Shown here: positions 53,201 to 64,000 of the stretch, piece by piece | Position numbering within the stretch: the first letter of the stretch is position 1 | Layout: each line of letters opens with the position of its first letter | DNA from: Camelus dromedarius | Lineage: Eukaryota | NCBI RefSeq assembly: GCF_036321535.1 | Contig: NC_087437.1 | Coordinates: 25,608,001-25,672,000, forward strand | Reading direction: 5' to 3' | DNA length: 64,000 nucleotides | Notes under the pieces: model-generated | What the model was told of the DNA's origin: nothing | Databases searched by the model: none | What the model saw: only the letters and a program-made list of their open reading frames with translations | Translations under genes and position numbers: made by a program

Positions 53201-56200
53201 GTACAATTAAGCAGAGTAATCAAGCATCTTCTGAAAATATGAGCTTGTCAAGCTTAATAAAAATAATAAACAGCCATGTAAGTTTTCAGCTCAAACATTG
53301 TGAGTTGTCTAGAGGCAAGAACATACTGTGCTAGTATTATGTTTTAATTTAATCATGGGATATATCTCTTGCTGCTGTCAATTTTCACCTGTTGAGTCCA
53401 AAGCCCAGATGGGTAGTGAATGTTAACTCCTGAAGGTGATGAATCACCATTTCCCTTTTCCTTTTGTTTGCACTAGGTTGGCACATCTGGGTCAAATAAG
53501 CCTGCCATTTTCATGGACTGTGGTTTCCATGCCAGAGAGTGGATTTCCCCTGCATTTTGCCAGTGGTTTGTGAGAGAGGTCAGTATGTAGAATGATTATC
53601 GGCGGAGGAAAGTAGAAAGCATTTTTTAATCAATCCCTTATAACCTAGCTACAATAAAAGAGAATAATCGCACAAAGAAAACTTGTAATTCCAAGCTGAA
53701 AGCTATAAAGGTCACCGAGAGAACTTCATAAGGCAAAATTTTAAAACAGTTAGCAAATTATATTTATTTGAATTTCACTCATCTGAACTTTCTCACCCAC
53801 CTTTGGTGAAAAGACTAATAGATAGGTCATTTAAAAGTGATAATGGTAGTGGATAAACACCTAACTTGAGCATTATCCCCTGGATGATAATCAATGCACC
53901 CTACTTCAGAATGAAAGAAGACAGTACATGCAGTCCCTGTTCTAGATGATACTGTTTGTCACTCCCTATAATTCTAATGATAAGATAGACCTGAAAACCC
54001 TTTTAAATATCCATGAGCCCATACTGACATAAATAGATGATTCAATAAACACAGAAAAGGGAGAGAAGAGACAACTCTTTCTTATAGAAGAACTGCAACT
54101 AATGGGCAGACAAATGAGTGAAATAGAAAGTTACCACTAGAACACCACAGTAATGACTGCTTCAGGAAAATCTATGAATGGATGCAAAAAGTTATGGGTA
54201 AACGTCTAAAGAAAAATAGGATATTTGCAGCATCAAAATATCTCCCAAAATTATGCATTAAATTACAAAGGCAAAATTTACAGAGGAGAAACCTAGCAGA
54301 AACTACCTTAACCGAGTGATCAAGGTTAACAACAGCAGGGTCAGGATCATCACCAGTATAAGATACAATCAATATCATGCAACCCCTGATATTATGCACT
54401 AAGAAGATACAGCATCTTTTTGGTTTTCTTTCCCAAAATGCATAACCTCCCTCTAATCATTAAAAAAGAAAAAAAAATCAGACAAATTGAGGAACCTTCT
54501 GCAAAATAACCACACCAGTACTCTTTAACAGTGTCAGAGTCATAAAAGACAAGGAAAGACTGAGGAACTGTCACAGATAAGAGAAGACTAAGGAAATAAT
54601 GACAACCCAATACAATGTGGGATTCTACATTGGATCCTATAAGAGAAAAAGGACATTAGCGGAAAAATTACTGAAACCTAAATTAAAGCCAATAGTTTAG
54701 TTTATAGTACTACACCAATATTAATTTCTTTACTTTCATCATTGTACCATGATTATGTAAGAAGGCAACATTAAAGGAAACTGGGTGAAGGGTATATGGG
54801 AACTCCTCATATTTGCAACTCTTCCATAAGTCTAAAATGATTTCAAAAGTAAAAGTTTAAAGTATCAAAGTGCTTTAAAATATAAGAATATTACTATATA
54901 AGTATGCAAAGCACTTCTGTATCTATTTACTAGGTTTTTGGTTTCTAGACATGTTATGTATCCAATTGGCACCATTTAATTTCAGTATCTCACCATCTGC
55001 CCTCTAGAAGGAAAGGACTTTCAATATTACTTGGGTTATCTCTAATTATAGACCACTAACAGAACAGGATTCTATAGCTTCTCCAACCTAAAATGCTCTA
55101 TCATGTGTTATTTTAACAAACATACATGTGTAGAGTCACAAAGAGTCTATAAAACTATTACTACATAGAAGCTGTAAATATTTTAAAATCTACTCAGGCA
55201 AGCCTGGGGAAGAGTTAAATGTAAGTTTAATATGATCCTGGGGCTGAAGAACTGTGATTAAGAGAACATAATAAAGGGGGATGAGGTCATTCATAGATAA
55301 GTGTCCATATTACTTAGGGAGAACTAGACCCTTAACAGGGTTCCGTTCTCAGGAAAGAGGAGTAAGAAGAAGCCTTTCATCATTATGCAGTTGGAGCCTT
55401 GGTGAGAGACTCTCCAAAAACCATCAGTGTAAACTCACTTCACAGTGAGAGGCTTTTTCATTCTTCTTCTATGTCAGCCACTTCCTCTAATGAAACCATC
55501 TACAGGCAGTCTCACCAAAATTAAACAATTTCTAGATGACAGTATTAGGAATATGCATAGACATCCGTAGACATTCCTTACTTTCTAGAAATAGGTCTTA
55601 CCCTCATATCCTACTAACTTTGAGAAAAAGTGACTGCAATTTCTATTTCAAAGGAAATGAGTAATGCTTACTGCATCAAATGAGGAAATGCTCTTTAAAA
55701 AGTCTTTAATTTTATTAAATTTTTTGTTCATCTCTAAGGGAAAAAGTTAAAATGAAAATCATTATTTGAGTTACATATGGATGAAATAGAGTATTGTAGA
55801 AACAGAGAAGAATTAGAAACTATTTTTTTAAAAAACTGTCAGTAGTATTTCACTAATTGCTTTTTAAATATTAATAATATCTACCTCAAAGAGGGGCAGC
55901 AGTTTTGTTACTAAAGTCAATATTCGCACAGTCTATGTAAATTTTAACACTATAATACATTCCACTTCTCCATGAAATTCTGCTTTGTAATTTATACACA
56001 GGCTGTTGGCACCTATGGAAGTGAGAGCCACATGACAGAACTTCTCGACAAGCTAGACTTTTATGTCTTGCCTGTGCTCAATATTGATGGCTACATCTAC
56101 ACCTGGACCAAGGTATATGAACCAATACCAGGAGGGGCTGATAAAATTAAAACTAATGACTTTCTATCATATTTGTCCTAACCATATAGTGCACTTTCAG

Positions 56201-57164
56201 AACCGAATGTGGAGAAAGACCCGCTCCACCAATGCTGGAACTACCTGCATTGGCACAGACCCCAACAGAAATTTTGATGCTCGTTGGTGCTGTAAGTAAC
56301 TGGCTGACCATTCTACATGCAGCTATTGAAAAGCATACAAAGAAAAACTACAGAGGAAAACACAAGTGTCTAAAACAAGAAAAAAATATAAAATTCTATA
56401 TTTTAGAATTCTAACTTTCTGAAAGCACAGACAATAAACAGTTTACTCATTCAGTCAATAAAAATGTATTGCTTACTCTATTGTGTTCCCAGTTATGCTA
56501 GATGCAGGAAACGTGAGATTGAACAAACCAGACATGATCCTATTTGTGGAATGCACAATCAAGAGGAGACCACCATTAAATAATTATTTAAATAAAATTG
56601 TGATATAATTATACTTTCGTGATTCAATTCTCAGTAAATGATTACAACAATATAGAAATTTCTCCTGGATATTAGTTTGCCCCCTACTTATTAATTTTCT
56701 TACACTTTATTGATCTCATTGTTTAGTACTACACGGGGACACATTGGTGATTTCACATGCAACTTCTTACACTGTTAGCTTAAAACCAACCTAATCTTGT
56801 GACTAAATGTACTTTATAATGCATATACATGCGAGGATGATTATAAACTATTGTGAAAACAACTTATTTTTTGAACTCTGTAGTTTGAAATTTTGAAACA
56901 TGCCCTGGGAGAATTTCAGTAGACGACCATTTGCCATTAACAACAATATATGTTTTTCCAGCAATTGGAGCCTCTCAAAACCCCTGTGATGAAACTTACT
57001 GTGGATCTACTGCAGAGTCTGAAAAAGAGACCAAGGCCCTGGCTGATTTCATCCGTGACAACCTCTCTTCCATCAAAGCATACCTGACAATCCACTCATA
57101 CTCCCAGATGATGCTCTACCCTTACTCCTACAGTTATGCACTCCCGAAGGACAACAAGGAGTTG
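39870..57164 (+). CDS. CPB1: Pancreatic procarboxypeptidase B (M14A zinc metallocarboxypeptidase), spliced exons 1-9, 3'-partial
   Basis: Joining 39870-39940, 40052-40127, 46387-46511, 52335-52434, 52523-52624, 53477-53578, 56002-56112, 56201-56291 and 56962-57164 gives an open 327-codon frame: [37 protein letters not shown]...IDFWKPDS...[10 protein letters not shown]...[16 protein letters not shown]...WRKTRS...DPNRNF...LTIHSYSQ. All introns are GT-AG with matching phases. Zn ligands His69/Glu72 (HARE) and His196 are present, as are Arg127, Asn144/Arg145 and six catalytic-domain cysteines. Confidence 0.98.
40052..40127 (+). CDS. CPB1: CPB1 exon 2 (pro-peptide)
   Basis: ttcag|T GAT AAG GTG TTC CGT = [25 protein letters not shown]; donor CAG|gtaaat. 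Confidence 0.97.
40940..42340 (-). mobile_element. L3/CR1 LINE remnant in CPB1 intron 2
   Basis: CR1-like antisense motifs: gaagtcatctattccagcc, tcttaaagtgtagctctcagaattgag, tctgcatcaccagcaagtttgataaacatgc. Confidence 0.6.
42355..42585 (+). mobile_element. MIR
   Basis: ctggactcagacttcctgggttcaatttctggctctaccactt...ggattgttatgagatttaaa. Confidence 0.8.
44141..44196. repeat. Compound microsatellite (AATC)5(TC)18
   Basis: Read directly from the sequence. Confidence 0.97.
44381..44835 (-). mobile_element. LTR33-like ERVL LTR
   Basis: taggttcttctagagtagacctttagacaa...gcagccaacaaagtgggcactattaagccag. Confidence 0.6.
46387..46511 (+). CDS. CPB1: CPB1 exon 3 (pro-peptide, includes Trp38 and inhibitory Asp41)
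   Basis: cttag|ATT GAC TTC TGG = [41 protein letters not shown]; donor GA|gtaagt. Confidence 0.97.
47205..47460. mobile_element. L2 remnant
   Basis: ggaaatgaggctttagctgagaactgaaaaataaggagtgggccag...ctaggcagagaacag. Confidence 0.55.
47765..48020 (+). mobile_element. MIR
   Basis: aaatcctggctctgcaacttcctggctgtgtgaccttgg...ttggtttcctcatc. Confidence 0.8.
50732..51223 (+). mobile_element. MLT1D-like MaLR solo LTR
   Basis: gatggaattaaggttgctaagcagctg...gccaaggaatgtgggcagcctctagaagctg...gattctccctagagc...ttgttttaagccact. Confidence 0.88.
51896..51985 (+). mobile_element. MER94-like hAT-Blackjack fragment
   Basis: aggtgaccagctagcccaatttaccctggact...tttcagtaccaaaaccaggaaagtcc. Confidence 0.6.
52335..52434 (+). 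CDS. CPB1: CPB1 exon 4 (connecting segment, activation site, start of mature enzyme)
   Basis: tacag|G GTA TTG = (E)[33 protein letters not shown]; donor ACG|gtacga. Confidence 0.97.
52523..52624 (+). CDS. CPB1: CPB1 exon 5
   Basis: ggtag|ATA GAG GCT TGG = [34 protein letters not shown]; donor AAG|gtaatc. Confidence 0.97.
53477..53578 (+). CDS. CPB1: CPB1 exon 6 (Zn-binding HxxE motif)
   Basis: actag|GTT GGC = [38 protein letters not shown] at 53528-53539; donor GAG|gtcagt. Confidence 0.98.
53985..54862 (+). mobile_element. L1MC-type 3' end in CPB1 intron 6
   Basis: tttacagaggagaaacctagcagaaactaccttaaccgagtgatcaaggttaac; aaggaaagactgaggaactgtcacag; ctgggtgaagggtatatgggaactc. Confidence 0.85.
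56002..56112 (+). CDS. CPB1: CPB1 exon 7
   Basis: cacag|GCT GTT = [37 protein letters not shown]; donor AAG|gtatat. Confidence 0.98.
56201..56291 (+). CDS. CPB1: CPB1 exon 8 (Arg127, Asn144-Arg145)
   Basis: ttcag|AAC CGA ATG TGG = [30 protein letters not shown]; donor T|gtaagt. Confidence 0.98.
56962..57164 (+). CDS. CPB1: CPB1 exon 9 (His196, Tyr198, Ser207)
   Basis: tccag|CA ATT GGA = (S)[67 protein letters not shown]; donor TTG|gtaagt. Confidence 0.98.
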
Positions 57165-60100
57165 GTAAGTAGTCATGGTAGTAGATCTACTATTTCACTG
57201 TTGAGATTTTTTAAATTCTATTTCTGGAAAAAAATTATTATAAGAATAATTTCTGGAAGTTCCATTATTGATTTTTGGTAATAGAAGCAAAAAACTTAAT
57301 ACTATAGATTTACAAGGAATCTGAAATTGGCTAGATAAATTGTCTAGAAGAAATATGATTTTGATGCAGGTAATGATCCCCAATATATGATTAATTCACT
57401 AGTCTTCAAAATGATAATAGTTCCACTTCCTCCTGCTTCACCGCAATAATGACACACATGATGATTTCAGATCAATGAAGTTCCTTCACCTCATACTTAA
57501 TCTTAATCAGAAAGTCAATTTCACAAGTTGCCCTTGAGCTGGATTTGACACAGGCAGAGTATGGCAGATGTCATTAGGAATCTGGCGTATTTGGTTGATA
57601 CTGGGTTAAGTGATAAGATCCTAAAATTGCTTATTTCGCTGTTGGATTAGGCGATACATAGAAGCAAATTAATCAATGAACAAATGATATGAATGGGTCC
57701 TTACTAGATATGAGAAATAATGCAAAGAAAATTAAATATCCCTGTTTCAAAAAATTAGCATTCTTCTTGACTACAGTTCAAGTAAAAATAAATAAAATAT
57801 AAATAAAATAAATTTTTATTAATAATAAAACCATAAAAACATTAAGTAACAGTGTAAATAATAAACAATAAAGAAGACTCCCAAAACTGAAAAAAAAAAA
57901 TTAGCAATCTTGTTGGAGAATCAAGATTAACCACATACAGTTAAATAATATAAGAGTTTTATAATATTCACATTAACAAATACCCTAGATCTATGCATAT
58001 TTTTTTAAAATAAGCAGGTTTGAATCTTTCAAACAATTTTTTTTTTAATTTATGAACATCTGGCTGCCAGAAGTTGGGACCAATGATTTAAAAGAGTAAG
58101 TATAAGATTTAAAGCATTTGAGTTATGCCAAAAAAATAAAAAATTATTCCAGTTAGCCCATGACATAGATATTTGGCTTACCTAAATGAATAAATTCAAA
58201 GACCCAGTAACTTTATAAACTGAAAACTGTTGTTTTGGACTTTTAGATGCAGTCTTTCAGAGACCAAATAAAACATGTAATGTTTACATATTTTTTGAAG
58301 AGCAAAACAAAAAAATAACTCAGTCTCTTAGAAAACTGATAGCTAAACTTTTCTTTAAAAAGAAATGCTATTTTTTAAAAAGCTTTCCATATTCCCTAAC
58401 CATAGCCAAAAAACAAAGGAGAACATCATTAGTTGGAACCATTAAATGTTTGAGTTTTCCAATTCTGTTCAGTCTGTAAGTGTTCCCAGCAGTGGGTGCT
58501 CATAGGCCTGCTGTCCAGAGATGGGTGTGGTCCTTGTTTCAGTCCTAGATTTCTGGTCACCAGAGGAAAGAGGTATGGGTATGTTGTTTGCTTAATTCCT
58601 GTGAGTGTTTAAATTGTACATCAGAAGAGATAAAGCCGTAAAAACCAAGCATTAATGAGTTAATAAGTAAAATATTGAGAATAAAATTAGAAGCCATATT
58701 AAATATAACAACAACCAATATATCCAGTCTGCTCAATATCAACTAGTTTTTTAAACATAAAAGACTAAAAGTGTTTAGTCTAACAAAAAAGCTGAACAAA
58801 AAAGCTGAAAGTGTTCTTTGGAATTGAGCTGCTTCACAAAGTTTCAATACTTTTTCTTATTTGGTGAATAAGATTAAACCCTTTTAGCAATCTTGAAATC
58901 TTTGTTGCCCCACTGGCTCCATACAATAATAACATAGTATCTGGGCTGCTCTAAAAGTCTTACAAATTATCCTTTAAAAAAAAAAAAAAAGAATCAAGTA
59001 AGTTCTACCTTTGGAATCTCATGAATAATTCTTGCTATTTCCTACAGTTTCTCCAGGAAAAGACCCAAGACTCAGAGTGAGTTTAGTGGGCCAATTCACA
59101 TGTGCCCCAAGTGATGTGAAACCATTCCAGGAGAATGTGATCCACTGACATTCTTCCCTAAGAATCACTTCTCCATGTAAAAGCAAGGAAAGAGTGGTAA
59201 TAGTTTTTTAAAAATTAGAAAAAGAAAAGAATTAGAAAATTAAATTCTCCAAAATTGTTTTAAATTCTAACAAAGAAGTGAAACAGAATTATATCAAAGT
59301 AAAATATTCATAATCAATTCTCAAAAAAAAACCACAAACCACAAAATAATCTTACTTTGGGTGTTTATTTTTATACTCAAAAAACTAATAAATTGAATGA
59401 AAAGTACATGCTATGTCATACGTTTGCCAGAGCATAAAATAGGTGACTAAAATACAAAACTTATCTGTGCTTATATCACACACATTGATTTAAAAGTTAC
59501 TTTAACTTCCAATCATTTTTTCCTATGATTAAACTTTTACCTAGTATCTTAAAAGAAATACTTGAATGTCATTAGTAAAATCTAAGATGCATGTTATTTG
59601 ATTAGTTGATTCACTTGGGATCTGAGTTTAGTTTGGCACCCCAAAGCAACTCACATATTTTGAATAGTTGACTAGAGAGCCTTTCAATCTTTTTTCTTAT
59701 TTTGTATAAATCCAATTCACTTACTTCCTAAGCACATTTTGCTAGAACAACTCATAACTATAGTGTTATTATAAATACATGTATAGCCAAAATAGAATTT
59801 GAGTCTCTCAAAAATAAAAATATTACTTTTTTCATGGTTTTTATTTGCAATAAGGATATCACTAAAAAAATAAAAGTATTGCCCTAGAAAGATGAGTGCT
59901 CCATCCAAATCCAGTGGCCCCATATTAATTCTCAATTAGAAAAATATGAACCCACTGTAGAAAACAAAAGATAGTAAAAGATTAATAAGATGAATTATTG
60001 GCACCAAACCACATCATAGATAACTCAGAATTTTCTTAAAGGAATGTAAAATGGACTTTGTCATATACAGATTTTGGCATATATATATATGATTCTTATT

Positions 60101-61989
60101 TTTCTTTATACCTATAAAATCTATAGGATCATATTTGTAGCAAAAAAAAATTGCTTCAATGAAATAATCAGAAGGAAATTATTCTATATAATAATATCAG
60201 CATTCTCAGTCCAAATTTAGGACATACCATAAGTAGCAACCCTTTGCTATCTGAGTCATGATAAAAATGTACATGGCCTCATTTCTGAAAGATCTTACAT
60301 GTAGATTACCTGACAGTTATATCATGAGACAACCTTTACAGGGAAGAAAGGCAGAGATGGGAATGCAAAAGACCAATGAAGTAAACATGCAAGAAAAGTA
60401 ATACCATGGATTACACAGGCTACCAAAAAATATATCTTCAGCAGATGAGTAAAAAGTACAAGGAATCATAAGAGTATCTTACATGTACAATGCTATCCTG
60501 ATTGCAAACTGCTTTTACGCACATTATATTATTTAAAGAAAGAATACAAATTGCACTGTGAGTTTCCAATGCGTCATAAACTGTCCAGTTCCTCAGTGTT
60601 GACTTCTTTGATATAAAGCTATCAGTATCCTCAAAATTAGTTTTAAGGCCCAAAAAAAGAATATACTTACATTTCCAAAATTCTAAAAGGTAATGAAATA
60701 TTGAAATATATGACCTCTTCATCATCAGAGGAAATAAAAATTAGGATGCATAATTGAAAAGGCTTCCAGACTTATCCATACCTTTGCATTTATTGAGAAC
60801 AGAGAAGCTCCCAATCTTTGGTCTACATTTCCCCCAAAGAGGCCTCCATGGCTCTGTTAACAATAATAATTATTATAATACCACTTCTAAGTTCAAAAGC
60901 AGGAACTCAGAATAATAACCAATCACTAAGTATCTTGACCCATTCCCCAGACTGACCAGATGGAAAACCAATGTACACTACACAAAGGTGCCAATCCAGG
61001 GCACTATCCATCAGTACATTCCTGCATTAGAAGCACAGAATTTTACAGCTGGAAATCTTGGAATTTCTCTGGTTCTGCTTTCTCATTTTCCAGCTGAGAC
61101 AATGGAGACTGGACTAAGCCAATACCAGCAGTAGAGGTGGCACTGAGCCTGGAGCTATTGGGTCCTGAAGAATTTCCTAGGCTGCCCCAATTTCCAGAGA
61201 CACACTCACACACATCTGTGAGGCCATGTCAGTACACCATGCAGCTGGTCTGCAAAAGACCATATATTAATGAATAAAGTCTTTTATCCTATAGATACAT
61301 GATTATTACCTCTGTCCCTGGACATATCTAAAGATTCACACTAGTCCACTAAGATCCCTGACTTCTCAGGGCCCAGTCTCTATGATTCTGGCCCATACTT
61401 TCATGGGTTTATATACATTAACCAAGAGAAATATGACAGTCTAATAGTTTCTGAAAAATTATTCAACTTGACCAAAAGATAGAAATCCTTTTCTAAAATC
61501 TAACATCGTCCTGTCTCATGGCACCTCACTACCTCTTAATTAAAAGTGTTTTACTTAACGAGCCACCAAGATGGAAACCTACTGCTCCACCCAAGCATGT
61601 GAGCATGAAGCAAGTGCGTGATTAGAGATAAACATAAAAATCAGAGGAAGAAATTGTGTGATTAGGAGGTGGACAATTGCAGAGCCACACACACACTCAG
61701 TCACAGCTGTCACCACGTCCCTGCCTAATAACAAGAGTAAAAGGGTCACAGTCCCTCTGCCAGGCAGGCTGCCAGCAACTAAGGCAGACAGGACTTGAGG
61801 CACAGAACATTTGCTTCAGCAATTTTCTCAGAATTTCTAATCTCATTTAAAAGACAAAAATATTTTAAATGACAACTGTAAAATTTCTTTGATTAGAGAA
61901 ACCAGTTGCTGATTTACCATTATACACTTTAAGTGACTTCTTGGCCTGTTAAAATTTTCCTGCAGGGCCCAGTCAATACATGACACATC

Positions 61990-62450
61990 AGGCAATTACC
62001 AGAAATTCCACTGAGCACCTATTAAGTGCTCGGTGCAAACCATGGTTCCTGCCATTGAGAATGCAGGATTATACTGAAATATCAAGACTCTGATATCAGA
62101 AACCACACAAGAGAAGTACAGAATTGGAAGTCTCCAACTAGGCACAGTAGCAGGAATTCAGGGCAGGAAAACAGCAATGTGCAATGAAGCTGTTCAGCAA
62201 AGGTTACAGAGAAGAGATGCCATTTGTTCGGAGCCTTAAAGGATGGGCAGAATTTAGGTGGCAGAGGAAGGAAGAAAGCATTTTAGGCATAAAGAAGAGC
62301 CAACAAATGTGCAACAGTGGGACTGAAAAATGGAGTTGGCCGGGGGGGTGGTCAGCCTGTTATGAGTGTTCTCGCGAGGGAAGAGTTGGAGTGAAGTAAC
62401 CAGGCTATGGAGGGACCTGAATGTCAGAATGAATCCTGCATCACAGTGCG
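61990..62450. mobile_element. L2 remnant
   Basis: actgagcacctattaagtgc...gagccttaaaggatgggcagaatttagg. Confidence 0.55.
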
Positions 62451-62473
62451 CCCAGAGCCAGTGACCTGGTAAA

Positions 62474-62645
62474 CAGGATTGCCAGGTCAAATACAGACTC
62501 CCAGTTACATCTGATTTCAGATAACCACTTGGTTAAGTACCTTCCAAACATTGTATGGGACAGACTTATACTGGAAAAGCATTCACTGTTTACCTGAAAT
62601 TTAAATTTTACTGGCTTTTGTTTTTTTGCTAAATCTGGCAACCTG
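62474..62645. mobile_element. MER53 palindromic hAT MITE
   Basis: caggattgccagg...tgatttcagataa...tgggacagacttatact...tttacctgaaatttaaatt...gctaaatctggcaacctg. Confidence 0.8.
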
Positions 62646-62834
62646 CAGGCAGCATTATTTTAGTAAGAATGACCTAGCAGCGGTGTTTAGGAGGCACCTG
62701 TACTATCGTCAACAGAGGGAAATGAGGCATTCGGAGCACCTTTAAAACCCGCTGTCTTCCTTTCCAATTTTTTCTCAAAAATACTTGCTTCTTTAACATA
62801 ATTATGTCTTTTATTTGACTTCCCTGTAAGCTAG

Positions 62835-63053
62835 TTTTGCCCCTTGCCCTTCCCCCAGAGGACGTCTGGCAATGTTGGGGGGATGTTTTTGGTTGTCATA
62901 GTACATTTCATGTTTTGGTTGTGGGAGTGCCCCTGACATGTAGTGGGCAGAGGCCAGGAGATGCTGATAAGCACCCTACAACATGCAGGGCAGCCCCCAC
63001 AACAAAGGATCATCGAGCCCACGTGTCAAAGGTGCCAAGGTTGAGAAACCCTG
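62835..63053 (+). mobile_element. MER20
   Basis: tggcaatgtt...tttttggttgtca...agaggccaggagatgctgataagcaccctacaa...aaggttgagaaaccctg. Confidence 0.85.
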
Positions 63054-64000
63054 TTTTAAACAAAGATAAATAGAGTCTCATTCCTGGCCAGAGGTCCCTG
63101 TATTTCACAGGATCGTACACCTCCTCACAAATAGTTTACAATTTTCTGCAAATTTAAAGTGCAAGAGAGACTGTACATCCCCATTACACAGCATTTATCT
63201 TTAACATTTATTTGAAAGAAGCACCACTGCCATAAAAAAAAAAATTATATGAACTTTGCAACTTCAGCTGACTCATGCTTCACATTTTACTTGAATTGTA
63301 AAAATATGTATGCAGATCAGCCAAAGAAAGAATTTGGTTTACATCAGGGAAAGCACTGCCACGCTCCCCGTGGGGTCTGCCAAGACAGACAGGCTCGCTC
63401 TCTTGAAGCACGCCTTTCCCAACTCCTTGTCTTACTTTCAAGTCGGGTCTTTGCAACCAGAGCCAGCACTGGTTTACTCTCCTCCTTCTCCTCAGAAACA
63501 TATTTGTTTTTTCAAGTCCCGAAAGCATTCTCCTCGGTCCTGCCTGCAGGCCTTGGGGGCTTCTCCTTTTGCACCAAAATGTAAAAATGTAAATTTCTCA
63601 TTGTTCCCTTGGTGTAAGTTACCCATTATCACAGAAGGAAGGAAACTGCAGTTAAAGATCATTTTGATGCTTCCATTACCACGTGTTTTCACCCCAAGGG
63701 ATGGTTAAACTCAGAACCTCAAGTTAGAAACAAAGTTCTGAAGAAAATTTCCTTTGAATTGGTTTATACCCCACAGTCAGTCTGGGGCTTTTGTTTTCTT
63801 GTATTGTAATAATGGGCCAGTGGAAGATTAGAAGAGGCAGCCCCCGCTGTCGTGACACTGGCCGTGTACACAGAGGTGGCAATGAGGACCATGAGCACAG
63901 TCATGAGACAGGGGCTTCCTGATCACCTTACCTGGGAACGCAGGTCAGCGGAAAAGAACACCCTTGCCTTTTTCATCTCACCAGCCCCCTGGAGCTCAGA

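Noticed and set aside
52435..56200. Introns 4 (52435-52522) and 7 (56113-56200) are both exactly 88 bp
   Set aside because: They share no sequence similarity and both sit near the common minimal-intron size, so this is coincidence.
52523..57164. Alternative identity as CPA3 or CPB2
   Set aside because: The signal and pro-peptide (HHSGEHFEG), [16 protein letters not shown] and exon sizes match CPB1.
56931..57281. ORF-track proteins with non-CPB N- and C-terminal extensions
   Set aside because: They are exon frames read through into intron sequence; canonical splice sites delimit the true exons.
57165..64000. CPB1 exons 10-11 (Tyr248, Asp255, Glu270) not found, suggesting possible gene truncation
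   Set aside because: Intron 9 is long in human as I recall (over 10 kb), so the exons most likely lie beyond the window. B-type specificity (Asp255) cannot be checked here.

Overview
Mammalian genomic DNA: AT-rich, CpG-depleted and repeat-dense. The young L1 3'UTRs and the lack of Alu, Bov-tA/Bov-A2 and PRE-1 SINEs suggest a cetartiodactyl, most likely a camelid (inference). The only host gene is pancreatic carboxypeptidase B1 (CPB1) on the + strand. It has a TATA box at 39826, ATG at 39870, and coding exons 1-9 (71/76/125/100/102/102/111/91/203 bp; 981 nt, 327 codons, open frame, all GT-AG). Exons 10-11 were not found and probably lie beyond the window. Positions 1-39600 are intergenic DNA full of L1, L2, MIR, LTR and hAT elements. 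Most notable: (1) the canonical trypsin activation site of the pro-peptide (Arg95) is Tyr, and the secondary site Arg83 is Gly; (2) a young L1 just upstream of the promoter has an internal deletion of ORF1 and the endonuclease, a 3'UTR tandem duplication and an apparent ~90-bp 3' transduction, all inside a degenerate TSD; (3) several nested L1 insertions have readable TSDs. I found no evidence of a wholly novel multi-gene system. Repeat family names come from recalled consensus sequences and need RepeatMasker/Dfam confirmation.
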